64,000 bases of DNA from Spirochaetales bacterium (GCA_046538735.1 JBKHII010000004.1:34393-98392); one strand, 5' to 3'. Shown: positions 36,867 through 47,068, numbered from the stretch's first letter. Translations and numbers: made by a program. The notes: a model not told the origin generated them from the sequence alone.

Positions 36867-37091
36867 GTGAAGAACATCACCCTGAGCGCGGATGAGAGGC
36901 TCATCGAGGCGGCCCGCAAGAAAGCCCGGGCGGCGAACCGGACGCTGAACGAAGAGTTCCGTCGCTGGCTCGAGATGTACACGGGCGGCGACGACCGCGC
37001 TGCCGAGGCCGAAGCCGTCATGGAACAGATCTCGGCGTACACCGGCACCGGTGGTCGGAAATTCTCGCGAGGCGAGATGAATGAGCGCTGA
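36867..37091 (+). CDS. Ribbon-helix-helix-type antitoxin
   Basis: MKNITLSADERLIEAARKKARAANRTLNEEFRRWL...KFSRGEMNER; overlaps the PIN gene. Confidence 0.8.
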   Translation: MKNITLSADERLIEAARKKARAANRTLNEEFRRWLEMYTGGDDRAAEAEAVMEQISAYTGTGGRKFSRGEMNER

Positions 37092-37506
37092 GTTTCTGGA
37101 CTCGAACGTCTTCGTCTATGCCTTCGACGAGACGGACGACCTGAAGCGAACGGCCGCGAAGGACCTCATCCTGCGCTGTTTGCGCGACGCGTCCGGGGTA
37201 ATCAGCTACCAGGTCGTGCAGGAAGTGCTCAACGTCCTCACCTCGAAGATCGCCAACCCGGTTCACCACGACGACGCCCTGCGATATTTCAGGTCAACGC
37301 TGGAACCCATGTGGTCGATCTACCCCGGCACCGACCTCTTCGTACGCGGGCTCGAGATCCGCACACGATACGGCTACGGATTCTACGACTCATTGATCGT
37401 CTCGGCCGCTATCGAAGGCGGTTGCTCGGTGCTCTACTCGGAGGACATGCAGCACGGTCAGCTCGTTGAGACGGTCCGCATCGTGAATCCGTTTCGATCC
37501 GGCTAG
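37081..37506 (+). CDS. vapC: PIN-domain (VapC-like) toxin
   Basis: FLDSNVFVYA, QVVQE, FYDSLIVSAA, LYSEDMQHG. Confidence 0.88.
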   Translation: MSAEFLDSNVFVYAFDETDDLKRTAAKDLILRCLRDASGVISYQVVQEVLNVLTSKIANPVHHDDALRYFRSTLEPMWSIYPGTDLFVRGLEIRTRYGYGFYDSLIVSAAIEGGCSVLYSEDMQHGQLVETVRIVNPFRSG

Positions 37507-37574
37507 TTCGCCCCGAGTCGCCGCCTCCGGACGGATCGGGCCGGAGCTCGCTCAAGCTCGACTCGCCTCCCGCA

Positions 37575-38480
37575 TCACCCGCTGCCCCGCGTCCGGGTCC
37601 TCCCCGGCTTCGCGTTCTTCTCAACGTGCTCCACGATCGCGCCGGCGATGTCCGTCCCGGTCGCGGTCTCGATCCCTTCCAGACCCGGCGACGAGTTCAC
37701 CTCGATGACCACCGGCCCGTGGCTGGTTCGCAGGAGGTCAACACCGGCCACGTTCAGCCCCATCACCTTCGCCGAGCGAACCGCGGTCGACCGCTCCTCC
37801 GGCGTGATCCGCACCCGCTCGGCGTAGCCGCCGCGGTGAAGATTGGCGCGGAAATCGCCCTCCCTCCCGGTCCGTTTCATGCTCGCGACGACGCGATCGC
37901 CAACGACCAGGCAGCGGAGGTCCGAGCCCTTGGCCTCCTCGATGAACTCCTGCACGAGGATGTTCGCGTGCAGCCCGCGAAACGCCTCAATGACGCTCTC
38001 GGCGGCGCCGTCGGTCTCCGCGAGGACCACGCCGATTCCCTGCGTCCCCTCGAGCAGCTTCACGACGACGGGCGTGCCTCCGACCATCGCGATGAGATCG
38101 TGCGTGTACTTCGTGGAGTGCGCGAATCCCGTGACGGGCAACCCGATTCCCTTCCGGGCGAGGAGCTGGAGGCTGCGAAGCTTGTCGCGCGAGCGGGTGA
38201 TCGCGACCGACTCGTTCACCGAGTAGACGCCGATCATCTCGAACTGCCGCACGACCGCCGTCCCGTAGAAGGTGATCGACGCGCCGATCCGGGGAATCAC
38301 CGCGTCCACGTTCGTGAGCACCTCGCCGCGGTAGTGGATGCTCGGATTGTGCGAGGTGATGTTCATGTAGCACTGAAGCGGGTCTACGACGAGCACGTCG
38401 TGCCCGCGTTCGCGAGCGGCGTCCGCGAGTCGGTGCGTTGAGTAGAGCCGAGGATTTCGCGAAAGGATGACGAGCTTCAC
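37575..38480 (-). CDS. rimK: Ribosomal protein S6 glutamate ligase (ATP-grasp)
   Basis: [68 protein letters not shown]; 301 aa from GTG 38480. Confidence 0.95.
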   Translation of the reverse strand: MKLVILSRNPRLYSTHRLADAARERGHDVLVVDPLQCYMNITSHNPSIHYRGEVLTNVDAVIPRIGASITFYGTAVVRQFEMIGVYSVNESVAITRSRDKLRSLQLLARKGIGLPVTGFAHSTKYTHDLIAMVGGTPVVVKLLEGTQGIGVVLAETDGAAESVIEAFRGLHANILVQEFIEEAKGSDLRCLVVGDRVVASMKRTGREGDFRANLHRGGYAERVRITPEERSTAVRSAKVMGLNVAGVDLLRTSHGPVVIEVNSSPGLEGIETATGTDIAGAIVEHVEKNAKPGRTRTRGSG

Positions 38481-38935
38481 GGATGGCTCTCCACACCGTC
38501 GTAGGCGTGGTGATGCCGGATGCCGGTAAGGTACGAACGTCCCGCGTGGATCAGCACATGGTCCCTGAGCGCGGTGCGGCCGAGCAGCATCCGGAACGTC
38601 ATCGTCTCGCGGTTCGCGAGCGAGACCTCGATCGGCCAGACCTGAGTCCCGATTCGAATCGGCGTGCGGATGACGTAGCGTTCTTCGCTCGCGCCACCGG
38701 AGTTCGTGATCGTCCGGAAGTCCACCACGTCCGCCTCGCACACGAGCTCCACGTCGGTCGTCTCCTGGAGCGGGTGGAGGACGAATCGCACACGCTGCCG
38801 GCCGGCCTCGGAGAACGGTTCAACGGACGCGGTGTGCAGCGAGGAGGTTCTCGCCCCCGTATCCACCTTCGCCTTGACGGTCGTCACGCCAAGGTCGGGG
38901 AGCGAGACCCACTCTCGCCAGCCGATTGTGATCAC
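38477..38935 (-). CDS. RimK-associated retropepsin-like protease (RimB/PF05618 type)
   Basis: [39 protein letters not shown]. Confidence 0.9.
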   Translation of the reverse strand: MITIGWREWVSLPDLGVTTVKAKVDTGARTSSLHTASVEPFSEAGRQRVRFVLHPLQETTDVELVCEADVVDFRTITNSGGASEERYVIRTPIRIGTQVWPIEVSLANRETMTFRMLLGRTALRDHVLIHAGRSYLTGIRHHHAYDGVESHP

Positions 38936-39537
38936 TCCTTGACCTTGTACGTGCTCACGATGATCTTGTGCAGCTCGGTCAGGTAGGGACTCTGCGCCGA
39001 GTTGATTCCAGCATCCGCGAGCAAGTCGCTTCGCTCACGCTCGAACCATCGGAAGAGACTCCGCGCGCCGGCGCGCTCCCCTTTCGCCTTGTGCGAGAGG
39101 CGGGTGAGCTCACGCATCTCGCCACGATTGAAGAAGACGCGCACGTCGTCCATCTGGATGATGAAGAAGTCGTCCTCCGTCCGCTCGACCGCAACCCGGA
39201 AGTTGGGTCGGCCGGCCGCCCGGCGCGCCTCGATCGCCTCCCTCGCGGCGACGTTCAGCCTGCGGTTGAACTTCTCGATCTTGCCCTTGTACTCGACCGT
39301 CTTCGCCTGCTCGAGCAGCAAGTCGAGCCCGTCGTCCTCGAGCCCTTCGGCGATCGAAACGATCTCGGAGATGATCTTGGATCGACGATCACTCGTCACC
39401 GGCGCCCGCTCAGCGGCCGCCGAACCCGACCCCTTCTTCGCCGCGGAGGACTTCTTGCTGCGAGACGAGGTGCTCGTTCCGGACCGTTTCGTGGTGCCGG
39501 TCTTCTTCTCGTCGCTCTCGGTCTTCTTTCTTGCCAT
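38932..39537 (-). CDS. Hypothetical protein with Lys/Ser-rich disordered N-terminus
   Basis: AGGAGG RBS; MARKKTESDEKKTGTTKRSGTSTSSRSKKSSAAKK; overlaps the protease gene. Confidence 0.75.
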   Translation of the reverse strand: MARKKTESDEKKTGTTKRSGTSTSSRSKKSSAAKKGSGSAAAERAPVTSDRRSKIISEIVSIAEGLEDDGLDLLLEQAKTVEYKGKIEKFNRRLNVAAREAIEARRAAGRPNFRVAVERTEDDFFIIQMDDVRVFFNRGEMRELTRLSHKAKGERAGARSLFRWFERERSDLLADAGINSAQSPYLTELHKIIVSTYKVKE

Positions 39538-39562
39538 TCGGTCCCTCCTACGGGTAATCCTA

Positions 39563-41095
39563 CTACGCGTAGTCGTAGCCTATCAGGTCTGCAGCGATCT
39601 TACCGGAGAGCATCACGAGCGGCATGCCGCCTCCCGGGTGAGCGCTTCCGCCGCAGAAGTAGAGGCCGGCGCAGTCGGGGCTCCGGTTCGGGTGTCGGGC
39701 GAAAGCCGCGAGCCTGGAATTGGACGAGATTCCGTAGAGCGCGCCGCGATAGCTCATCGTCTTTCGCTCGATGTCCGGCGGCGTCATGATTCCCTCTTCC
39801 TCGATCAGCCCGGAGACGTCGCGACCGAGCGTCTCGCTCAGTCGGCGAACGACGACGGCGCGCGTGTGCTCGACCTCGCGCGTCCACTCCTGCCCGTCCT
39901 CGTAGGGCGCATTTGCGAGCACGAACCAGTTTTCGCCTCCCTCGGGCGAGTCACCCGGTGTCACTTTCGAGGTGATGTTGAGGTAGATCGTGGGATCGTC
40001 CGGGCACCGGCGCTCGGTGAAGATCTGCCGGAATTCCGAGCGGTAGTCCGCGCTGAAGAAGATGTTGTTCACGGTGAGCTCGGCGAACTCCCCTCGCACG
40101 CCCCAGTAGAAAACGAGTCCGGACGACGAGGGCTCAAGCCGACGGTAGCGTTGGAGTTGCTTCGCGTCTTCGTCGCCGAGCAGCTGCGGATAGGCGACCG
40201 AAACGTCCACGTTGGAGACGACTGCGTCCGCCGGTTCAAAGCGACTCCCGACCTCCACGCCGGTAGCCACGGCACGGCGCCGGGTGCGCGACTGCGTAAC
40301 GATCCGGTCCACTCGTTCGCCGTAGCGAACCTCCACGCCCAGCTCGAGCGCGAGCCGCTCGAGCGCGCGTGGCAACGAGTGAATACCGCCCACGACCGAA
40401 TACCCTCCGTGGACGTACTCCACGAAGGGGATGATGTTGAGCGTGGCGGGAGTCTGGTACGGGCTCGATCCGTTGTACGTGGCGTAGCGGTTGAAGAGCT
40501 GGACGAGGCGGGAATCGCGGAAGAACGACTCGTTCGCGCGGTTCATCGTGCGCATCGCGTCGATACGCCCGAGCTTCCAGACGCGGCTCCAGAAAAGGCG
40601 GGACAAGTAGGTCCTGCGGTCGTGCAGGCTGTGCCGGAGGAAGATTTCCGCCGCCGTATCGTGTATCCGCCCGGCGTACTGCAGATACCTTCGCACGTGC
40701 TCCGCGGGCTCGCCGAGCTGCTCCTCGACCTCCGCGGCGAATCTGTCCGGATCGCCGTACGCGTGAAGGCGCGTACCGTCCGGCCAGAAGTAGTTGCAGA
40801 TCACCTCGAGGCGTTCGACCTCCAGATAGTCCCGCCAATCGCGTCCGGCCTCCGCGAAGAGCTCCTCCACTACGTACGGCATCGTGAGGAGCGAGGGCCC
40901 GGTGTCGAACCGGTAGCGCCCGCGCGCCTCGCTGCCCGCCTTGCCGCCGGGGATCCTCTGCTGCTCGTAGACCGTCACGCGCCATCCCGCTGCCGCGAGA
41001 CGGATCGCCGCGGAGAGCCCGCCGAGACCGGCGCCCACGACGATCGCCCTCCGTCCGGCGGGCGAGACCGACTCAGAAACTCGAGCTCCGCTCAT
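39563..41095 (-). CDS. Phytoene desaturase family, CrtD/CrtP-like carotenoid desaturase
   Basis: GAGLGGLSAA FAD motif, FDTGPSLLTMP, FNRYATYNGSSPY, DPTIYLNITSK, GGSAHPGGGMP. Confidence 0.88.
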   Translation of the reverse strand: MSGARVSESVSPAGRRAIVVGAGLGGLSAAIRLAAAGWRVTVYEQQRIPGGKAGSEARGRYRFDTGPSLLTMPYVVEELFAEAGRDWRDYLEVERLEVICNYFWPDGTRLHAYGDPDRFAAEVEEQLGEPAEHVRRYLQYAGRIHDTAAEIFLRHSLHDRRTYLSRLFWSRVWKLGRIDAMRTMNRANESFFRDSRLVQLFNRYATYNGSSPYQTPATLNIIPFVEYVHGGYSVVGGIHSLPRALERLALELGVEVRYGERVDRIVTQSRTRRRAVATGVEVGSRFEPADAVVSNVDVSVAYPQLLGDEDAKQLQRYRRLEPSSSGLVFYWGVRGEFAELTVNNIFFSADYRSEFRQIFTERRCPDDPTIYLNITSKVTPGDSPEGGENWFVLANAPYEDGQEWTREVEHTRAVVVRRLSETLGRDVSGLIEEEGIMTPPDIERKTMSYRGALYGISSNSRLAAFARHPNRSPDCAGLYFCGGSAHPGGGMPLVMLSGKIAADLIGYDYA

Positions 41096-41111
41096 GCCGC
41101 ATTGTAGTCCG

Positions 41112-41687
41112 TCACAGGGGGAAGGTGTAGAGAACGCCGAGCTTGAGATGGAGGAGCGCAACAACCCGCTCCAGGATGGCGGCCCAGTCGCCGGGAGGGT
41201 CCCACGACCGGACGAGCTCCTCGATCGGGGTTCCGATCCCCGGATCGCCGTTGGGAAAGAAGGCCTCGATTCCCGCGTCGATCCCGAGCCGTCCGGGGCC
41301 GAACGCAATGAGATCCGGGGCGATTCCTGCGGCAACGAAGGGTCCGCCGGTGATCGGCTGGTAGCGGTCGGCGCCGCCCAGCATCTCGAAGTCCCATCCG
41401 GCGTTCGCGTAGAGCCAGAGGAGCTCCGCGCGAACGAAGGGTGCGGCGTGCAGGTCGAACTGCGAGGTTCCCGCGAGCAGTTTTGCGCCCACGCCGAGCC
41501 CGAACCACGACGGCCGCCACACGAGATGAGGCTCGGCGGCGACGTACGCGCCGAAGAACGACATCGTCATGCTCACGTTGCTCTCGGCGTAGAGCTCCGC
41601 GGATTGCTCGCGGGCGGGATCGGTCCGGCCGCTCAGCGTTCCGAAACCGAGCAGGAGCAACGCGAGGACGAAGCATGAGCGTCTCAC
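41112..41687 (-). CDS. Exported protein, probable outer-membrane beta-barrel
   Basis: Signal peptide MRRSCFVLALLLLGFG; alternating hydrophobic strands; ends LKLGVLYTFPL; GTG 7 nt after TATGCT. Confidence 0.6.
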   Translation of the reverse strand: MRRSCFVLALLLLGFGTLSGRTDPAREQSAELYAESNVSMTMSFFGAYVAAEPHLVWRPSWFGLGVGAKLLAGTSQFDLHAAPFVRAELLWLYANAGWDFEMLGGADRYQPITGGPFVAAGIAPDLIAFGPGRLGIDAGIEAFFPNGDPGIGTPIEELVRSWDPPGDWAAILERVVALLHLKLGVLYTFPL

Positions 41688-41760
41688 TCTGCGGAGCATA
41701 GCGTAGTGTCGCCAGGATTGCCAACGTGTCACTGACCTTGCAGGTCGCAGCAGGACGTCG

Positions 41761-43242
41761 CTAAATGACGTCCGTGTAGAAGTCGGCCGTTGCTCTCTCC
41801 CGGTGGGCGCGCCACGCGAACTCGATGACGGTCGCGACCGGCGGAACGAAGGAGCCGGGCACGTCAACGACGACCGCGTCCGCCTCCCGTCGCCACTCGA
41901 TCGACCGCTCGGAGCCGATGAGGCGGACCGAGAGCTCGTACCCCCCGCTGGTCGCCTCTCGCGGGGCAGTCAGCTTTCGCAGATCGAGCCCCATGAGCCC
42001 GATCGAGAGCATGCTGGGCGACCCGAGGACGATGGCGTAGAGCGTGTGCCGCTTGCGCGTGTAGCGCACGGGAAGACCTTCGCGCGTCCGACCTTCGGCA
42101 ACGTGCCACGGACGCGTCCCGTAGATCGCCTCGCGGTGAACGCGCAGCCACGCCGTGAGCTCGGAGAGCGCCGAGCGTTGCTCGTTGGAGATGGAGCCGT
42201 CCGCACGCGGCGCGATGTTGAGCAGCAGATTGCCGTTCTTGCTCACGACGTCCACCAGGAGATGGATGAGATCGGTGCCCGAGAGGTAGCTCTCGGACGG
42301 TTCGGCCGCGTTGTAGCAGAACGAGCGCCCGATTCCGCGGACGAGCTCCCAGGGCTTGCGCCGCATGCACCGGACCGGGGCGTACTCGATCGTGGACACG
42401 TCGCCGCGTCCGCCGACCGGCTTGCCCTCGAGCAGCGCCTTCCGGGCGCGGCGACGGAGGATCGCTCTGCCGATCGGCGTGCCGGCGAGCCGGCGCGCGG
42501 GACCGGCGAGTTGGTCCCAGCGGTCGTTGAGCACGCCGTCCGGAACGGCGCGTCGATACGTCTTGAAGAGGGCCCGTCTGCGGATACCCGGCGGAAGCCC
42601 GATGTCGTTCCAGAGCAGATCGGGCGAGTACTGCCGAATGAGCTCGTTGAAGTGCGCCTCCGCGTAGCGAACGTAGTCGCGCGGCGTGGCTGCGAGCGGC
42701 AGATCGGCGTAGTCGCGAACGGGTTCGTGCTGCACTGTCCAGTCGAGTTGTCCCGAGTAGTAGACCCCGTACTTCAAGCCACGCTCGCGTACGGCCGTCG
42801 CGAGCTCACCCACCACGTCGCGGGAGGCGACGAAGTTCTCGCTCGGCGGCGTGCGGTCGGAGGGCCACATCAGGAACCCGTCGTGGTGCTTGCCGACCAT
42901 CACGACGTAGCGAGCCCCGACCTCCTTGAACAGATCGGCCCACTCGTTCGGGTCCCACGCGGCAAGGTCTTCCTTGAACCGACGCGCGAGTCGCTCGTAC
43001 GGCTGCGACCCGTAGTGCTTCCGGTGATACGCGCGCGCCGGCGAGTCGGGGATTCGGATGGAGTTCGCGTACCACTCGGCGTACGGGTTGTTCGCGAAGT
43101 AGAATCGCCAGTCGTGCTCCCGCAGGATCTCGACGATCCCGCCGTGTTCGACCGGCGCGTATGCCGGCACGGTGGGAACGCCCCAGTGCACCATCACTCC
43201 GAGCTTCGCATCTCGATACCATTCGGGCACGCGGTGTCTCAC
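41761..43242 (-). CDS. Alpha-L-fucosidase (GH29)
   Basis: PEWYRDAKLGVMVHWG, KHHDGF, LLWND, DVVSKNGNLLLNI, AIYGTRPW. Confidence 0.92.
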   Translation of the reverse strand: MRHRVPEWYRDAKLGVMVHWGVPTVPAYAPVEHGGIVEILREHDWRFYFANNPYAEWYANSIRIPDSPARAYHRKHYGSQPYERLARRFKEDLAAWDPNEWADLFKEVGARYVVMVGKHHDGFLMWPSDRTPPSENFVASRDVVGELATAVRERGLKYGVYYSGQLDWTVQHEPVRDYADLPLAATPRDYVRYAEAHFNELIRQYSPDLLWNDIGLPPGIRRRALFKTYRRAVPDGVLNDRWDQLAGPARRLAGTPIGRAILRRRARKALLEGKPVGGRGDVSTIEYAPVRCMRRKPWELVRGIGRSFCYNAAEPSESYLSGTDLIHLLVDVVSKNGNLLLNIAPRADGSISNEQRSALSELTAWLRVHREAIYGTRPWHVAEGRTREGLPVRYTRKRHTLYAIVLGSPSMLSIGLMGLDLRKLTAPREATSGGYELSVRLIGSERSIEWRREADAVVVDVPGSFVPPVATVIEFAWRAHRERATADFYTDVI

Positions 43243-44621
43243 TCTCGTTCTCCTGCCAGTTCCATGATGCGTTCCACGACCTCTCGGTGCGCGGACGAGC
43301 CGAGCACGTCGTACGCGTCGTGCACGTTGGGGAGCGGTTCGCCGCCGATCGCGATATCCGCCCGCCCACAGGGACGTAGCGGCATCAACCCCAACCGGCG
43401 CTTCACGCGCAGTATCCGGCGAACCGACTGCTCCAGGCGAGCCCGATCGAGCCTCCCGATCCGAAGCGCATCGAGCAGCGCGTCCCTCGCCGCGCGCGCG
43501 TTCAGCGGCTTGAGCACCATGTCCGCGCCCGACTCGATCGCCCGGACCACGAGCTCCGGCTCCGGAGCCAGGGCGGTGAGCGCCCGCATGTTGAGCGCGT
43601 CGGCTATGATGAGCCCTCGAAACCCGAGCTCGTCGCGGGCAATCGCGGTGATCGCCGCCGAAAGACTCGCCGGATCATTGGTTCCCGTGAGGCCGGGGAC
43701 GGCGAGGTGCGCGGTCATGATCGCCTCGGGCTGTGCCGCAAGCGCAATTTCGAACGCTGCGAGCTCCCTCGTACGAATCAGCGTACGCGGTGCCGCGAGC
43801 ACGGCGAGCTCGTCGTGCGAGTCGGTCTCAACCGCACCGTGTCCGGGAAAGTGCTTCAGGACGGCCGCAACGCCTTCGTCCTGGAGTCCCGTCGCGATCG
43901 CCGCGCCGACTCGACCCACGTGGACCGGATCGTCTCCGTAGGTCCGCTCGTGCCGCCCGATCGCGCCGGTCGCCCCGGCCGGATCCACATCCACGACCGG
44001 CGCGAAGTCCATGGTAACACCGAGCGCGCGAAGCTCGCTGCCCATCACGCGGCCGAGCTCGCGAACGGCGAGGAGCTCGCGATCGCCGTCCTCCTCGAGC
44101 CGCTGCGCCGCTCGCCCGACCACGGCCGCGCTGGGTATCCGCGTGGCCGGAATGCCACCGGTCGTGGTGAGACGAGAGACGAGCCCGCCCTCGTAGTCGG
44201 TCGCGACGATCGGCGGTATCGCGCTCGCGTCGTGGAGATCGTGGACCAGACCCACGACCTGGTCGACCGTTGCGAAGGTCTGCCCGAAGAGCACCGCCGC
44301 TCCCGGCCGCACGTCCGCGATGAGCCGGCGGGTCTCCTCGTCCAATCGGAGCACCGGACCGCCGTCCGAGCGGTTCTCGATCCCGATGATGACCAGCTGC
44401 CCGGCGAGCGCGTGCGCCGGGAGCGCAGCGGTCATCCGCCCGATTGCCCACTCCTCGAGCCGGCCGCGCGTGGGGATCGAAACAGCAGGCGGCGACTCCG
44501 CGCAGGAGACCGCGGCGGCCGCAATTGCGAAGACCGTAGTGAATTTTGAAAAGACGAGTATGGAAAAGTGAACGACACGACGCGCAGACCGGCGCTCCCG
44601 CTCCTGCGCGCGGACTATCAT
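43239..44621 (-). CDS. GH3 beta-N-acetylhexosaminidase (NagZ-like), probable lipoprotein; start uncertain
   Basis: TDYEGGLVSR, FAPVVDV, KHFPGHGAVETDSH, IMTAH; AAAVS-C lipobox. Confidence 0.85.
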   Translation of the reverse strand: MIVRAQERERRSARRVVHFSILVFSKFTTVFAIAAAAVSCAESPPAVSIPTRGRLEEWAIGRMTAALPAHALAGQLVIIGIENRSDGGPVLRLDEETRRLIADVRPGAAVLFGQTFATVDQVVGLVHDLHDASAIPPIVATDYEGGLVSRLTTTGGIPATRIPSAAVVGRAAQRLEEDGDRELLAVRELGRVMGSELRALGVTMDFAPVVDVDPAGATGAIGRHERTYGDDPVHVGRVGAAIATGLQDEGVAAVLKHFPGHGAVETDSHDELAVLAAPRTLIRTRELAAFEIALAAQPEAIMTAHLAVPGLTGTNDPASLSAAITAIARDELGFRGLIIADALNMRALTALAPEPELVVRAIESGADMVLKPLNARAARDALLDALRIGRLDRARLEQSVRRILRVKRRLGLMPLRPCGRADIAIGGEPLPNVHDAYDVLGSSAHREVVERIMELAGERE

Positions 44622-44758
44622 ACTACCAAGTATAGATTTATTCGATCGCGATGTTCGCGCAGATCTTGGCATGACGTTTGCTATAGAAGTAGAAAGACGG
44701 AGAGCTGTGTCCCTGCCAGGGGATGCTTGGAGTATACATCGTGGTGGACTACAAAGCA

Positions 44759-45394
44759 ATGACGACAACACCGGCGATCCTCGTGCCGGCCGGAGCGCAA
44801 AGCATCGCACGCGAGACAACGGGTGGGATTCGCGGCGAGCTCGTTCGGAAGGCTCTTCATATGCTCATTGCTCTCGTTCCCTCGATCGCGACCGTTGCCG
44901 GCGTCGTGCCCGCGCTCGGCATTCTCTCGCTCGGCGTTCTTGCTTACTCCGGCGCCGAATACGCCCGTCTCCAGGGACGCTCCGTCCTCCTGATCTCAGC
45001 GCTCACCATGCTCGCCTCACGCCCCCGCGATCGCGGGCGTTTCGTGGCGGGTCCGGTCACGCTGGGCGTGGGAGCGATGCTCGCGCTGCTCCTCTACCCG
45101 GCGCCTGCGGCGTTCCTCGCCATCTACGCGCTCGCGTTCGGGGACGGCGTAGCAAGCCTCGTGGGTCGGGCGTTCGGCCGTACCACGATTCTCCCGGGGA
45201 CGACGGTCGAGGGCAGCCTCGCGTGTTTCGTCGCGGTCTTCGCGGCCGCACTGACGGTGACCGGCGCGGCGCGTCCCGCGCTGATCATTGCGACCGTTGC
45301 GACGGTGCTCGAAGCGATTCCCACGGACGACATGGACAACATCATCCTGCCCGTAGGTGTCGGTCTGGTCACCACGATGCTGCTCAATCTCTAG
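44759..45394 (+). CDS. SEC59/DGK1/VTE5-family CTP-dependent polyprenol or diacylglycerol kinase
   Basis: ELVRKALH, GDGVASLVG, TVEGSLACF, DMDNIILP. Confidence 0.85.
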   Translation: MTTTPAILVPAGAQSIARETTGGIRGELVRKALHMLIALVPSIATVAGVVPALGILSLGVLAYSGAEYARLQGRSVLLISALTMLASRPRDRGRFVAGPVTLGVGAMLALLLYPAPAAFLAIYALAFGDGVASLVGRAFGRTTILPGTTVEGSLACFVAVFAAALTVTGAARPALIIATVATVLEAIPTDDMDNIILPVGVGLVTTMLLNL

Positions 45395-45398
45395 AGCT

Positions 45399-46229
45399 TC
45401 AGTACCACAAGTAGTAGGATCGGTTCACGAGCAGGAAGCTCGCCGTTCCCGCGGCAACGAGCGCGAGCCCCACGCTCAACGCGACGATGGCGGGCACGTG
45501 GAGAACGAGTTGCGATCCCACGACGAGCGCCGCGGCGGCAAGGGCGATCGTGCCCCCGCGCTCGCGGTGGCCTCGCGACCAGCCGATCACGTAGTTCACG
45601 ATCGTCCCCAGGCTCAGGAACCCGAGCATCAGGTCGATTGCCTCGCGGTCGCCCGTCACGTGCACGAAGGTCGCGCTGATCTCGCGGCTGTCCACCGGGA
45701 CGAAGTAGACGATTAGAAAGGAGAGCGCGGCGAGCAGGAGCGTCACGCTGCCGATGCGCGGATAGTCGGCACCGGCGGAGTAGATGCCGGCGGAGAAGAG
45801 CGCGAGCGATCCGAAGAGGCGCCAGAAGAGCACGATCCGCGAAAGCACGACGCCCACGTACGGCGGCACCCCCGCGATATCCACGAGCGGCTGCCCGATG
45901 CGAACGAGCTCGGCGGCGAGGGAGATCAGGAAGGCGGTCATGAAGTAGATCTCGGCCGAGCTCACGCGCCGGAAGAGACGAACGGAGAGCGCGACTCCGA
46001 ACGTAGCGATCAACCCCAGGATGCCGGCCGCCGCGAGCGAGCGATACGCGGCGAGCGGCCGCACACTCCACTGCAGTCCGAACCAGGTCTGATACTCACC
46101 CACGCGGAACGGTTCGTTCGCGTACGCCCCGAACAGGAGCGTGTAGCCGGATGCCGCGTAGGCGAGGACCAGCGCGCCGGTGAGAATCGCTCCGGCGATG
46201 AGGATGGAATTGCGAACGGCGAGCGTCAT
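45399..46229 (-). CDS. Hypothetical polytopic membrane protein
   Basis: About 8 TM; ATG 7 nt after TG-n-TATAAT. Confidence 0.75.
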   Translation of the reverse strand: MTLAVRNSILIAGAILTGALVLAYAASGYTLLFGAYANEPFRVGEYQTWFGLQWSVRPLAAYRSLAAAGILGLIATFGVALSVRLFRRVSSAEIYFMTAFLISLAAELVRIGQPLVDIAGVPPYVGVVLSRIVLFWRLFGSLALFSAGIYSAGADYPRIGSVTLLLAALSFLIVYFVPVDSREISATFVHVTGDREAIDLMLGFLSLGTIVNYVIGWSRGHRERGGTIALAAAALVVGSQLVLHVPAIVALSVGLALVAAGTASFLLVNRSYYLWY

Positions 46230-46305
46230 CGGAGGAATTATAACAGCACGAAAAGGCTACAGTAAGCGGTCGTTCGTCTCGATAGTAAAGGAGGGAGGAG
46301 GTCCC

Positions 46306-46983
46306 ATGAGACGATGGTTCACCCTCATTGCGCTCCTTGGCCTCGTTGGTGCAAACGCCTTGGGGGGTGATATCGCGATGTTCGAGAATCTCGGGTTCAG
46401 CGACTCTGCAGACGTCTTCGTCTTCGGGCAGTACGGCGTCACGAGCGAGGAGTCGAATCCGTTCGCCGAGATCTACGTTGTAGACGTTGCGCGCAACGCA
46501 TTCGTCTCCGGCGGAACCTTCTCGTACTCGTCCACCGATCCGCTCACACTCGGCCAGGACGGCCGCGGCGCGCTCTACACGCTCCTGAACGAAGCGCGCC
46601 CGCTGCTTCAGCGTGAGGCCGTGAACCACCTCTCGACCGGCAGACCGATCTACATCCTCGTAGACGGCGAGGAGCCCCGCTCGCGACTGACCTTCCGCGA
46701 CTTCATCTCCGATCGACGCTTCGACGTGCGCCTCGAGCAGGACACGCGCGGTTCCGGCGATCGTACCTCCGCCGCCTTCCACATCGAGCTCACGATCACT
46801 CGGGCGGACGAGTCGGTGCGGACAATCACGGTTGGACGCCCCTCGTACTATCGCGACGGCATCTCGAGCTACCGGATCACGCAGATCCTCGTGGGACCGG
46901 ACGAAGACTCGGTTGTGTTCGTGGTCGAGCGAAGGGCACCGGACGGATCGATCCGCTACATGGTCGAGACCGCACCGCTCTGA
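46306..46983 (+). CDS. DUF2259 secreted protein
   Basis: GGAGG RBS; signal peptide; GDIAMFENLGFSDSADVFVFGQYG...IRYMVET. Confidence 0.8.
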   Translation: MRRWFTLIALLGLVGANALGGDIAMFENLGFSDSADVFVFGQYGVTSEESNPFAEIYVVDVARNAFVSGGTFSYSSTDPLTLGQDGRGALYTLLNEARPLLQREAVNHLSTGRPIYILVDGEEPRSRLTFRDFISDRRFDVRLEQDTRGSGDRTSAAFHIELTITRADESVRTITVGRPSYYRDGISSYRITQILVGPDEDSVVFVVERRAPDGSIRYMVETAPL

Positions 46984-47007
46984 GCGGCCGCCGATCGGGG
47001 CGGCCGC
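46984..47007 (+). terminator. GC hairpin after the DUF2259 gene
   Basis: gcggccgcc-gatcgg-ggcggccgc, 9-bp stem, no U-tract. Confidence 0.4.
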
Positions 47008-47068
47008 GATGACAACGCACCACCATCACGCCGGCGAAACCATCCGGACGTGGTATAGTAGGTATCAG

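Noticed and set aside
37507-37574. Imperfect hairpin between convergent vapC and rimK as a third copy of the structured element
   Set aside because: It lacks the 40-nt core and the CGCCTGTAG/CACGGCG motif; at most a weak terminator.
35713-37574. Genomic island or prophage
   Set aside because: A TA pair and a pseudogene are present, but I found no integrase, transposase, tRNA or flanking direct repeats.
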